Of a DNA stretch of 64,000 nucleotides, positions 30,210 through 39,209 are shown in pieces (within the stretch, counting starts at the first letter, position 1; the number at the start of each line of letters is the position of its first letter). The position numbers were made by a program, and so were the translations under genes. The DNA lies in the NCBI GenBank assembly GCA_022571845.1, contig JACZXB010000012.1, forward strand, positions 127-64,126, given 5' to 3'. The notes below the pieces were generated by a model, which was given only the letters and a program-made list of their open reading frames with translations, ran no database searches and was not told the DNA's origin. The DNA is from Candidatus Zixiibacteriota bacterium. GTDB taxonomy: Bacteria; Zixibacteria; MSB-5A5; GN15; FEB-12.

Positions 30210-32612
30210 TTATTTCTTTTTGGTTTTTTTTCTGGTCGCTGTCGATTTTTTGCCCGGCTTTTTATTTGATACTTTGTCCAGCGCATATTTGATAACCGGC
30301 AGGACTTCATCGAAAAACTTGAACGATATATTGTTTTTTATCTCCACGGGCAGATCGATAGTATCTTTGCGGTTACCCTCAGGCAGCACCACCGTCGTTA
30401 CGCCCGCGCGGTAGCACGCCAGAAGTTTTTCTTTTAAGCCGCCGATGGCCAGAAGCTGGCCGCGGAGAGTTATCTCGCCGGTCAAAGCCATCATTGGTTT
30501 GATTGGGCGATTCATTAGCAGAGAGGCCAGCGCTACGGCCATCGTAATACCTGCCGAAGGACCGTCCTTGGGGGTAGCTCCGGCCGGCACGTGAATATGA
30601 AAAACGCGTTTAACAAACGCTGCTTCACTTATGCCCAGCTCCTCTTTGTTCGAGCGGATAAACGACAGCGCCGCCATTGCCGATTCTTTCATAACCGACC
30701 CAAGCTGTCCGGTCAGAATCAGTTTTTCTTCACCGGACATTGAAGTTGCCTCAACAAATAAGATTTCGCCGCCGACCGAAGTATAGGCTAAACCCGGCAC
30801 CACCCCGACTTTATTTTTGCGGGAAAGAACCTCGCGGGTAAACCTACGCGGCCCTAAAAGTTTACGGATAGATTTTTCGGTCAGGCTGCTCCTGCCTTTG
30901 AAACCAGTAGCAATGCGTCGTGCGATTTTACGAATAACCGAAGCAATTTCTCTTTCAAGATTGCGAAGCCCCGCCTCGCGGGTGTAGCCATCTATTATCT
31001 CTTTGATGGACGAATCCTTAAACTCAATTTTATCTCTGGGAATACCGTGATTCTCAAGTTGTTTGGGAATCAAATGCCGCTTTGCAATTTGCATCTTTTC
31101 AAGATCGGTATAGCCCGGAATATTTATCAATTCCATACGGTCACGAAGTACCGCCGGAATAGGCTCAGACCAGTTGGCGGTGGTGATAAACATCACTTTG
31201 GACAGATCAAAATCAATTTCCAGATAATGGTCGGAGAATGAATCATTCTGCTCCGGGTCTAATACTTCCAGCAGCGACGAGGACGGGTCGCCTCTGAAAT
31301 CAGTGCCAAGTTTATCTATTTCATCAAGCATAATAATCGGATTATTCGAGCCGCAGCGTTTCATGCTCTGAATAACGCGCCCCGGCATGGCGCCGATATA
31401 GGTTCGCCGGTGGCCGCGAATCTCGGCCTCATCACGCATGCCGCCTAAAGAAACACGGGCAAATTTGCGACCCATGGCACGGGCTATTGATTTGCCCAGC
31501 GAAGTTTTGCCGACCCCGGGAGGACCGACAAAACAGAGAATAGGTCCTTTGACATCTGATTTTAGTTTTCTGACTGCCAGATATTCCAGAATACGGTCTT
31601 TGACTTTTTCCAGATTGAAATGATCTTCATCCAGAATCTTTTTGGCTTTTTTCAAATCCAGCTTGTCCTTAGTAGAGACCGACCAGGGTAGAGTTACCAG
31701 CCAGTCGAGATAGGTGCGGGTTACCGTGTACTCGGCCGATGACTGCGCCATGTGCGAAAGCCGGTCAAGCTCTTTTCGGGCGGTCTGCTCGGCATGCTGC
31801 GGCATATTGGCCGCTTTGATTTTTTCTTCGAATTCTTCAACCTCGCTTGAATCATCCGGGGAACCAAGTTCCTTTTTGATAGCTTTCATCTGCTCGCGCA
31901 GGATATAATCACGCTGGGATTTGCCCAGCTCGCTGGCGGCTCTGGCCTGAATCTTCTGCGACAGCTCCAGAACTTCGGTTTCTTTGTTGACCGCATTGTA
32001 GAGCTGGTTCATTCTCCTAAAGACATCTGTCTCTGAAAGCAATTGCTGTTTTTGTTCATTGGAGAGATTAAGATTCGAAGCGATAAAATCTGTCAGCTTC
32101 GAGGCTGTATCTTGATTGGTGGCGGTGACATAAAAATCTTCGGACAAATATGGAGCCAAATCTACCAGTTTGCGAATGCGCTCGGACAAGTTCCGTGATA
32201 GAGCTTCGAGTTTTACTTCCGATGATGTTGTCTCTTCCATCTCGACCACTTCGGCCATCAAATAGGGAGATTCCGAGGTAAACTTTTTTATTTTAATGCG
32301 AGAGAGCCCCTGAACCAGAAAACGTACTGTACTGTCCGGAAATCTGAGCATTTTGAGAATAGTGGCTGAGGTGCCTAGATGATAAAGATCGTCCGGTCCC
32401 GGGTTTGATTGCTTGGCATCTTTCTGCAGGAAAAGACCGATTTTGGAACCTCGCATCAGCGCTTCATCGACCATTTTGGCATGCTGCGGCTCCTGGATCA
32501 TCAGCGGCACCACTATGTATGGAAAGACGACCGTCCCTTTTAGCGGTAGAATCGGAATCGACTGGATATCTATGTCTTGTTCGGGCTTAATTTTGTCGGC
32601 AATATCGCTCAC
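30210..32612 (-). CDS. lon: ATP-dependent Lon protease
   Basis: 800 aa. Walker A GPPGVGKTS, protease Ser motif PKDGPSAGITM, and a LON N-terminal domain. Confidence 0.97.
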   Translation of the reverse strand: MSDIADKIKPEQDIDIQSIPILPLKGTVVFPYIVVPLMIQEPQHAKMVDEALMRGSKIGLFLQKDAKQSNPGPDDLYHLGTSATILKMLRFPDSTVRFLVQGLSRIKIKKFTSESPYLMAEVVEMEETTSSEVKLEALSRNLSERIRKLVDLAPYLSEDFYVTATNQDTASKLTDFIASNLNLSNEQKQQLLSETDVFRRMNQLYNAVNKETEVLELSQKIQARAASELGKSQRDYILREQMKAIKKELGSPDDSSEVEEFEEKIKAANMPQHAEQTARKELDRLSHMAQSSAEYTVTRTYLDWLVTLPWSVSTKDKLDLKKAKKILDEDHFNLEKVKDRILEYLAVRKLKSDVKGPILCFVGPPGVGKTSLGKSIARAMGRKFARVSLGGMRDEAEIRGHRRTYIGAMPGRVIQSMKRCGSNNPIIMLDEIDKLGTDFRGDPSSSLLEVLDPEQNDSFSDHYLEIDFDLSKVMFITTANWSEPIPAVLRDRMELINIPGYTDLEKMQIAKRHLIPKQLENHGIPRDKIEFKDSSIKEIIDGYTREAGLRNLEREIASVIRKIARRIATGFKGRSSLTEKSIRKLLGPRRFTREVLSRKNKVGVVPGLAYTSVGGEILFVEATSMSGEEKLILTGQLGSVMKESAMAALSFIRSNKEELGISEAAFVKRVFHIHVPAGATPKDGPSAGITMAVALASLLMNRPIKPMMALTGEITLRGQLLAIGGLKEKLLACYRAGVTTVVLPEGNRKDTIDLPVEIKNNISFKFFDEVLPVIKYALDKVSNKKPGKKSTATRKKTKKK

Positions 32613-32688
32613 ATTCTCTCCTTATTCGCCTTTAACACTCTGCCACCACATTTCGCTTATTTCATTCTCTTCCTACAGCGCTCATAAT

Positions 32689-32788
32689 AGTCATCCTGAG
32701 CGGAGTCGAAAGATGTTCCATACTCCCTTCATCCTGAGCCTTACAGCAAAGTCCCGCTTACTCGAGGGAGTCGAAAGATGTTCCACAC
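32689..32788 (+). repeat. two family A repeats, the second with an inserted inner element
   Basis: gtcatcctgagcggagtcgaaagatgttcca, then tcatcctgagc[cttacagcaaagtcccgcttactcgag]ggagtcgaaagatgttcca. Confidence 0.85.
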
Positions 32789-32879
32789 TCTCGTTATCGG
32801 CAGAGATGTTCATTTTTTGAACAGGTCCGCACTATAAAGGTCGCGCAAGGACAAAAATCTACGAAAACCGATTTCAGAA

Positions 32880-33932
32880 TTAAACATTAAAACGAAACAA
32901 AATTACATCACCGTCTTTGACCCGGTATTCTTTGCCCTCTAAGCGCTGTTTACCGGCAGCTTTGAGTGCGGCCGGGGTTTTGTGCTCGATGTAATCATCG
33001 TATGAAGTAACTTCGGCCCGGATAAAACCCCGCTCAATATCGGAGTGTATCACACCGGCTGCTCTTTGGGCGTTTGTGCCTATCTTGATTGTCCAGGCGC
33101 GGACCTCGGGCTCTGCGGCGGTCAGAAATGACATCAGCCCCAGAAGTTTATATGCTTTTTGAATGACTATTTCAACTGCCGGAGTGCTGATGCCCAGGTC
33201 CTCCAAAAACTCCAGATGTTCATCTTCCTCGAGCCCGACCAGTTCCATTTCAATCTTGCCGCACATGACCGCCAGTTCACGTTTGGAATCTGACACAAAT
33301 TTTTCTAAACTTGTAAAAATTTCATCACTTTTGGAGATATCATCCTCTGCGATATTCAGCACAATCAGCATCGGCTTAAGCGACATAAACAGATAACCGC
33401 GAATAAGTTTCAATTCGTCATCGTTCAGATCCATTTCAATCAGCGGCCGTTCTTCTTCAAGCTGTGCCAGGCATCGCTTGAGAATATCGATTTCCTGAGC
33501 CATCGTCTTTTCGCCGGTCTGTTTCATCTTCTTTTCTTTTTTAGTGATATTGGACTCTACCACCGTCTGGTCGTGGATTATCATTTCATCGATTAAATCT
33601 TGAATATCTTTTTCAGGATTAGCATCCTGCGAAAAAGAGTCAATGACCGCTATCAAGGCGTCTATTTTTTTTAGGTCTTCAGAAATTTCAATTCCGGCCG
33701 CCTCTTTACCTTTACCGGAAAAACCGGGGGTATCGAGCATTTCTATTTCGGCGTAGGTCAGTTTTTTTGGGTTGACCAGCTCGGCTAAGGCATCTACCCG
33801 CTTGTCGGGCACTTTTATGATTGAGCGATGTACGGCTTGCGAATAGTCGCCGACAGCTACCTGCATCTGACAGGCGGCGTTGAATACAGTCGTTTTACCG
33901 CTTTGCGGTTTGCCAATTATACCAAGTTTCAT
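32880..33932 (-). CDS. YchF/Obg-like P-loop NTPase
   Basis: MKLGIIGKPQSGKTTVFNA P-loop and a YchF-type C-terminal domain (FIRAEV...GKEYRVKDGDVILFRFNV). The track start 33989 lies inside a repeat, so Met 33932 is preferred. Confidence 0.8.
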   Translation of the reverse strand: MKLGIIGKPQSGKTTVFNAACQMQVAVGDYSQAVHRSIIKVPDKRVDALAELVNPKKLTYAEIEMLDTPGFSGKGKEAAGIEISEDLKKIDALIAVIDSFSQDANPEKDIQDLIDEMIIHDQTVVESNITKKEKKMKQTGEKTMAQEIDILKRCLAQLEEERPLIEMDLNDDELKLIRGYLFMSLKPMLIVLNIAEDDISKSDEIFTSLEKFVSDSKRELAVMCGKIEMELVGLEEDEHLEFLEDLGISTPAVEIVIQKAYKLLGLMSFLTAAEPEVRAWTIKIGTNAQRAAGVIHSDIERGFIRAEVTSYDDYIEHKTPAALKAAGKQRLEGKEYRVKDGDVILFRFNV

Positions 33933-33985
33933 AGGGGGAATATGAGAAAATAATTCGGCCTTGGCTACCAAAAAGTCTGCTGCCG

Positions 33986-34088
33986 TCATCGCGAGAGGCC
34001 ACGATTTTAATCGGGGCGTCGTGGCGATCTCATATTAATCTGACTTTCGAGATTGCCGCGTCCCGAAAGAATCGGGACTCGCAATGAC
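33986..34088. repeat. two palindromic repeats, family E (..ATCGCGAG.. / ..CTCGCAATGAC)
   Basis: gtcatcgcgagaggccacga...tcgtggcgatctc and gagattgccgcgtcccgaaagaatcgggactcgcaatgac. Confidence 0.7.
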
Positions 34089-34142
34089 TTGTCTCTTGGT
34101 ACAGTAGAACGTGCCTATCTTTATAGGTAACGAAGCAATGTT

Positions 34143-34991
34143 CTACTTCTCCACCAAACTCCGAAGAACTTTAAGATTTTCTATATCTTCTTTTAGCTCT
34201 TCTTCTTTAGGGGTTTCAAGTATCATCGGGATATTTTTCAAGCGTTTGTCATTAACGATATTGCGAAAGGCTTCAATTCCAATATGCCCTTTACCAATAT
34301 GCTCATGGCGGTCGCGTCTGGAGCCGAACTCTTTTTTAGAATCGTTCATATGTATAATACGAAGTTTATCTAAGCCAATTATGTCGTCGAACTTTTTCAT
34401 TGTCTGCTTGTATTCTTTGGGGTCGCTTATGGGATAGCCGGCTGCAAAAATATGGCAGGTATCAAGACAAACTCCGATATGGTCCTGAATTTTGACACCG
34501 TCAATCATCACAGCTATCTGCTCAAACGTATAGCCCAAATTACTTCCCTGCCCGGCGGTTGTCTCAAGCAGCAGGCAGACATTATTATTTTTGAGTTCTT
34601 TGAATAACTTGTTTAGATTTTTGATAATTCGTTTGATACCGGCCTCTTCGCCGGTGCCGACATGCGAACCCGGGTGCAAAACCAGATTGGGGATTTTGAG
34701 CATCTGGCAGCGCTCCATCTCTTCTTTGAGCGCTTTGTATGATTTTTCGTTTAGCTCTTTGACTGGCGACGCAATATTTATCAGATAGCTGCTGTGCGAG
34801 GTCGCAACGGTCACGCCGGTCTCTTTAATTTTTGCGAAATATTTGTCAAGTTCTTTTTGCTCAATCTTTTTGGCCCGCCACTGACTGTTAGACTTGTTAA
34901 ACATCTGAATTATGTCGCAGGTGGCCGTCTTGCCGCGCTCGATGGCGTTAAAAACCCCTCCGGAAATCGATTCGTGTGCTCCAAATAACAT
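34143..34991 (-). CDS. nfo: deoxyribonuclease IV (endonuclease IV)
   Basis: MLFGAHESISGG start and TIM-barrel Zn ligand blocks (HSSYLINIAS, LVLHPGSH, VCLDTCHIFAAGY, IHMNDSK). Confidence 0.93.
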   Translation of the reverse strand: MLFGAHESISGGVFNAIERGKTATCDIIQMFNKSNSQWRAKKIEQKELDKYFAKIKETGVTVATSHSSYLINIASPVKELNEKSYKALKEEMERCQMLKIPNLVLHPGSHVGTGEEAGIKRIIKNLNKLFKELKNNNVCLLLETTAGQGSNLGYTFEQIAVMIDGVKIQDHIGVCLDTCHIFAAGYPISDPKEYKQTMKKFDDIIGLDKLRIIHMNDSKKEFGSRRDRHEHIGKGHIGIEAFRNIVNDKRLKNIPMILETPKEEELKEDIENLKVLRSLVEK

Positions 34992-35384
34992 TTATGCATT
35001 TCCTTTCGTTACGTAGCAGTCTGCTTCTATTTCAACCAGCCAGTCATCGCGTACTAATGCTTTGACTACCACCATTGTTGAAGCAGGTTTTATTTTTCCA
35101 AAATATTCGCCGTGCGCCCGGCCGATTTTATCCTGATCCGAAGCATCCGTAATATACATTCTGGTTCTGAAAACATTGTCTAGACTTCCGCCGGCCTCTT
35201 TTATTGCTTCAGCGATAATCTCAAGACAGCGTTTGGCCTGAGCGTAGGCATCCCCCGGTGAAGCTGTAGAACCATCGGGCGCAATCGGCCCGGTGCCAGA
35301 GACAGCAATCAAGTTACTGATTCGGACAGCGCGTGAGAAGCCGATAGTTTTTTCGAATGAGGAGCCGGAAGATACTCTTTTCAT
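34992..35384 (-). CDS. RidA/YjgF-family protein
   Basis: YjgF-like blocks (AVSGTGPI, RTRMYITD, VEIEADC). Met 35384 gives an ATGA overlap with the upstream gene. The track start is 35411. Confidence 0.82.
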   Translation of the reverse strand: MKRVSSGSSFEKTIGFSRAVRISNLIAVSGTGPIAPDGSTASPGDAYAQAKRCLEIIAEAIKEAGGSLDNVFRTRMYITDASDQDKIGRAHGEYFGKIKPASTMVVVKALVRDDWLVEIEADCYVTKGNA

Positions 35385-35911
35385 TCTTCGCAGCAATCCG
35401 TGCCCTGACAATCTTTACAGCAAGTCGGCAGCCAGCGATTGGCCTGCTTGCCGTAGGCCAGATAGTCATAACCGAACATTTTTCTTAAAACAGGTTCTTC
35501 GTACAATACTACAAAAGAATGAAACATGATAAATATCAAAAGTGCATAGATAAATACCGCTGGTGAACCAAAGATAAAGCCCTGTCCAATTGTCGCCAGC
35601 AATATGCCGACATACATTGGGTTTCTGACAAATCTGTAAAGTCCGCGGATTACCAGAGTCTTGGGCGGCTCAAAAGGCGCCAGCGTGCCGCGACCAATAA
35701 AAACAAAATCATAAGCACACCAGAGATAAATCAAAGCGCCAATGACCGTAAAAAATATGCCGACCAAGTCGGTGACCATCGAACCCATCGCTTTACCCAG
35801 CATTAACCCATCCAGACCAGAGTGGGCTATCCAGTACGGCGCCCAGCCCCCGACAGTACCGGGAACGACAATGGAAAATATCAATGAACGAATTAGAATT
35901 TTCACGGGCAT
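35381..35911 (-). CDS. ICMT/PEMT-family membrane methyltransferase
   Basis: Signature GLYRFVRNPMYVG with a 4-5 TM layout. Unusual Cys-rich tail TCCKDCQGTDCCEE. Confidence 0.8.
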   Translation of the reverse strand: MPVKILIRSLIFSIVVPGTVGGWAPYWIAHSGLDGLMLGKAMGSMVTDLVGIFFTVIGALIYLWCAYDFVFIGRGTLAPFEPPKTLVIRGLYRFVRNPMYVGILLATIGQGFIFGSPAVFIYALLIFIMFHSFVVLYEEPVLRKMFGYDYLAYGKQANRWLPTCCKDCQGTDCCEE

Positions 35912-35963
35912 ATTGCTATGGCTCCTCTGGCCAAGTTCTAACTTTAAGACGTGACAACGTCAC

Positions 35964-37388
35964 TTATCTGAGATTCAACGACAGCACTTTTATTTCAGTA
36001 TAGTCTTCAATAGTATAACGAATTCCCTCGCGGCCGATACCGGAATCTTTCAGACCGCCATAGGGCTGCTGGTCAGCCCGGAATGTGGGCACATCGTTGA
36101 TGACAATCCCGCCGGCTTCAACATTGTTAAAGGCATAAAAAACGTCGTTTAGTCTGTTGGTAAAGATGCCTGCCTGAAGACCAAACCGTGAATCGTTTAT
36201 CTTACTTACTGCCTCTGTGAACTTTTTGTATTTTTCGACAGTTACCAGCGGTGCGAACGCCTCTTTGGAACAGACGCCCATTGATGATTTCACATTGGTG
36301 ATAATAGTCGGTTCAAAGAAGACCCCTTTACCTTTACCGCCGGTCAGAACTTTGGCCCCTTGTTTTTTAGCCTCATCTACTAAGGCTTGAGTGTTTTTTA
36401 CAGCCTGAGCGTTAACCAATGTGCCGATATCAGTTGTCTTACTTAGTGGATTGCCGAGTTTCAGTTTTTTTGTTCTGGCCACGAAGTTTTTTAAGAACCT
36501 GTCATAGATTTTTTCCTGAACAAAGATTCTTTGAACAGAGATGCACGACTGCCCGGCCTGCCCAAACGATCCTTTGACAGCCCGTTCTACTGCGTAGTCC
36601 AAATCGGCATCATCTGCTATGGCCAGCCCGGCATTGCCGCCTAATTCCAGCACGACCCGCTTTTTGCCAGAGTTATCTTTTATCCACCAGCCGACTCGGT
36701 CCGAACCGGTAAATGTTATCAGCTTAATACGCTCGTCTTTAATTAGCGGCTCGGCGTTTTCGTTACTGCCTAACATGAACGAAATTGCGCCTTTGGGATA
36801 GTTAGTTTTATCTATCAGCTCTGCCAGCATCATGGCTATGACTGGAGTTGTCGGGGCTGGTTTTAATATCATACAGTTACCCGAGGCCATCGCCGGCGCA
36901 ACTTTGTGAGCTACTAAGTTAAGCGGAAAATTAAAGGGCGCGATTCCTGATATAACTCCTATGGGAAAACGGCGTATCAGTCCCAGCCGTTTTTCGTTTC
37001 CGGGGATCCAATCAAAATCCATAATCTCTCCGCCGACCCGCTTGGCTTCTTCGGCGGCAATCTTAAAAACCTGCACCGCCCGGGATACTTCGACTTCGGA
37101 ATCTTTTAGAGCTTTGCCAATCTCAAGAGACATCATCCTGGCAAACTTGTCGCTGTTTTTTCTTAAGCCCTCGGCCACCGCCAGACAGGCCTCTTCGCGC
37201 ACATACGATGGCAGCTGTCTCGTTTTTTTAAATGCTTTTTCGGCGATATCAATTGCCTTGGTAAAATCAGCTTTGGAAGCCATCGCTACGGTACCGGCGA
37301 CTTTGCCGTCGTAGGGTGATTTTACTTCTATTTTTTCTTTACGGTCAACCCACTTGCCGCCTAAATATATTTTGTAATGCCTGGCCAT
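35964..37388 (-). CDS. NAD(P)-dependent aldehyde dehydrogenase
   Basis: ALDH motifs FTGSDRVG, ELGGNA, and catalytic Cys in GQSCIS. Confidence 0.92.
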   Translation of the reverse strand: MARHYKIYLGGKWVDRKEKIEVKSPYDGKVAGTVAMASKADFTKAIDIAEKAFKKTRQLPSYVREEACLAVAEGLRKNSDKFARMMSLEIGKALKDSEVEVSRAVQVFKIAAEEAKRVGGEIMDFDWIPGNEKRLGLIRRFPIGVISGIAPFNFPLNLVAHKVAPAMASGNCMILKPAPTTPVIAMMLAELIDKTNYPKGAISFMLGSNENAEPLIKDERIKLITFTGSDRVGWWIKDNSGKKRVVLELGGNAGLAIADDADLDYAVERAVKGSFGQAGQSCISVQRIFVQEKIYDRFLKNFVARTKKLKLGNPLSKTTDIGTLVNAQAVKNTQALVDEAKKQGAKVLTGGKGKGVFFEPTIITNVKSSMGVCSKEAFAPLVTVEKYKKFTEAVSKINDSRFGLQAGIFTNRLNDVFYAFNNVEAGGIVINDVPTFRADQQPYGGLKDSGIGREGIRYTIEDYTEIKVLSLNLR

Positions 37389-37425
37389 CTATGCTGCTCC
37401 TGTTATTTCTCTATTCTCTTGCCTG

Positions 37426-39087
37426 CTACAGCGGACAAACCAGCTGCCCCAGCCGTTCGGTCAATTTCATATTTTCAGAATAATCCACCGGGCAGTCAAT
37501 CACCACCGGTTTGTCATATGAAAATGCTTTGTTCAGAATTTTTTGTAGACTGTCACCTTTATTGACTTTCATACCGACCGCGCCGAAACTTTCGGCAAAC
37601 TGTACCCAGTCGGGATTATTGAATTTTGTTCCAAAGGCGTGACCATATTTGTTTCTCTGCTTCCATTCGATAAGACCAAACGTACTATCAGTCCAGATCA
37701 TATTGACTGTCGGGGTTTTCAGACGTACCGCTGTTTCAAGTTCCTGAGCGTTCATCATAAAACCGCCGTCGCCTGAGACTGTCATAACTTTTCGGTCCGG
37801 ATAAACTAGTTTAGCAGCGATCCCTCCCGGTAGTGCGATGCCCATGGTAGCAAAGCCGTTGGAGATGAGGCAGGTGTTTGGTTCGTGAGCCAGGTACATC
37901 CGGGCAATCCACATCTTATGCGCGCCTACATCAGAAAGCAGAATATCATGGTTGTCCAGTACAGCCCGGATATCGTGGATTATTTTCTGAGGCTTGAGCG
38001 GAAAATCTCTGCTGTCGGCATGCTCGCTTAAATCTTCTAAGATATTCTGGCGGTGTTTTTTGATAAACTCCCCTTTACCTTTGGGAAAACTTTTATCAAT
38101 TTTTTCATTCAGCTCCCAGAGTGTCGAAGCTATATCACCGACCACTTCCACTTCAGGATGGTACCAGTAGTCGACTTCGGCCTGTTCAAAATCAATATGG
38201 ATAATCCTCTTTTTACCATCCGGATTCCAGAAGTGCGGCGAGTATTCGACAATATCATAACCGATGGCAATAATCAAATCTGCTTCTTCGAAGGCGAAGG
38301 TAACATGGTCCCGTGATTGCAGCCCGATGGTAAAGAGATTGTTGTCATATTTATATCCGGCTGCTCCTTTGCCCATAAATGTATTGCAGATGCCAATACC
38401 TGTGCTTTCGAGAAACTTTCGAAGCTGCTTGGTGGCGCGCTTGCGCAGGGTTCCGTTGCCGGCCAGTATCAAAGGCTTTTCAGCTTTTTGGATCAGCTCC
38501 ATAGCCGCTTTGACAGCCTTGTAATCAGGCGCCGGCCGTCGGACTTTGCGAATTTCAAAATACTCCGGCTTCTGGCACTCTTGCTCGGCGACATCTTCAG
38601 GGAGTTCCAGATGTGTCGCCCCCGGTTTTTCGGCTTCGGCTGTCTTAAAGGCTTTGCGAACCGCCTCAGCCACTATATCAGCCTGGCCGATACGGGTGTT
38701 CCATTTGGTGATCGGCTTAAACATAGAGACGATATCAATATACTGGTGCGATTCTTTGTGCATCTGGCTTGTGGATGACTGACCGGTTATGGCTACCAGT
38801 GGAGCCCGGTCGAGATTGGCATCGGCCACCGGCGTAAAAAGATTGGTCGCTCCCGGTCCCAGTGTGGCCAGACAAACGCCTGCTTTTCCGGTCAGGCGGC
38901 CGTAGACATCAGCCATAAAGCCGGCCCCCTGCTCGTGGCGAGTTAAGATAAATTGAATGTTAGAATTCCGGACAGCTTCCATAAATTCAATATTTTCTTC
39001 ACCGGGTAGACCAAAAATATATTTTACATTTTCATTTTCTAAAGCTTTGACCATCACTTGGGCAGCATTAGGCATCATTTCCTCCAC
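37426..39087 (-). CDS. thiamine-diphosphate enzyme, acetolactate-synthase-like (AlsS-type size)
   Basis: 553 aa. N-terminal Pyr domain (GLPGEENIEF, RHEQGAGFMADVYGR) and ThDP motif SGDGGFMMNAQELETA. Confidence 0.88.
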   Translation of the reverse strand: MEEMMPNAAQVMVKALENENVKYIFGLPGEENIEFMEAVRNSNIQFILTRHEQGAGFMADVYGRLTGKAGVCLATLGPGATNLFTPVADANLDRAPLVAITGQSSTSQMHKESHQYIDIVSMFKPITKWNTRIGQADIVAEAVRKAFKTAEAEKPGATHLELPEDVAEQECQKPEYFEIRKVRRPAPDYKAVKAAMELIQKAEKPLILAGNGTLRKRATKQLRKFLESTGIGICNTFMGKGAAGYKYDNNLFTIGLQSRDHVTFAFEEADLIIAIGYDIVEYSPHFWNPDGKKRIIHIDFEQAEVDYWYHPEVEVVGDIASTLWELNEKIDKSFPKGKGEFIKKHRQNILEDLSEHADSRDFPLKPQKIIHDIRAVLDNHDILLSDVGAHKMWIARMYLAHEPNTCLISNGFATMGIALPGGIAAKLVYPDRKVMTVSGDGGFMMNAQELETAVRLKTPTVNMIWTDSTFGLIEWKQRNKYGHAFGTKFNNPDWVQFAESFGAVGMKVNKGDSLQKILNKAFSYDKPVVIDCPVDYSENMKLTERLGQLVCPL

Positions 39088-39209
39088 AAACAGTTACAAA
39101 TTATATTTAACAAGAATAGTTACTACAGACCGTGTTCTCAAGCGATCTGATGGGGAACCACACCCCCGTATTATTTGTTTATGATAGCTTTTGAAATTGC
39201 CGGAAGCAA

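Noticed and set aside
35964-39087. Acetolactate-synthase-like and aldehyde dehydrogenase genes as a novel pathway cluster
   Set aside because: These are ordinary metabolic enzymes with canonical motifs. Adjacency alone gives no evidence of an unusual system.
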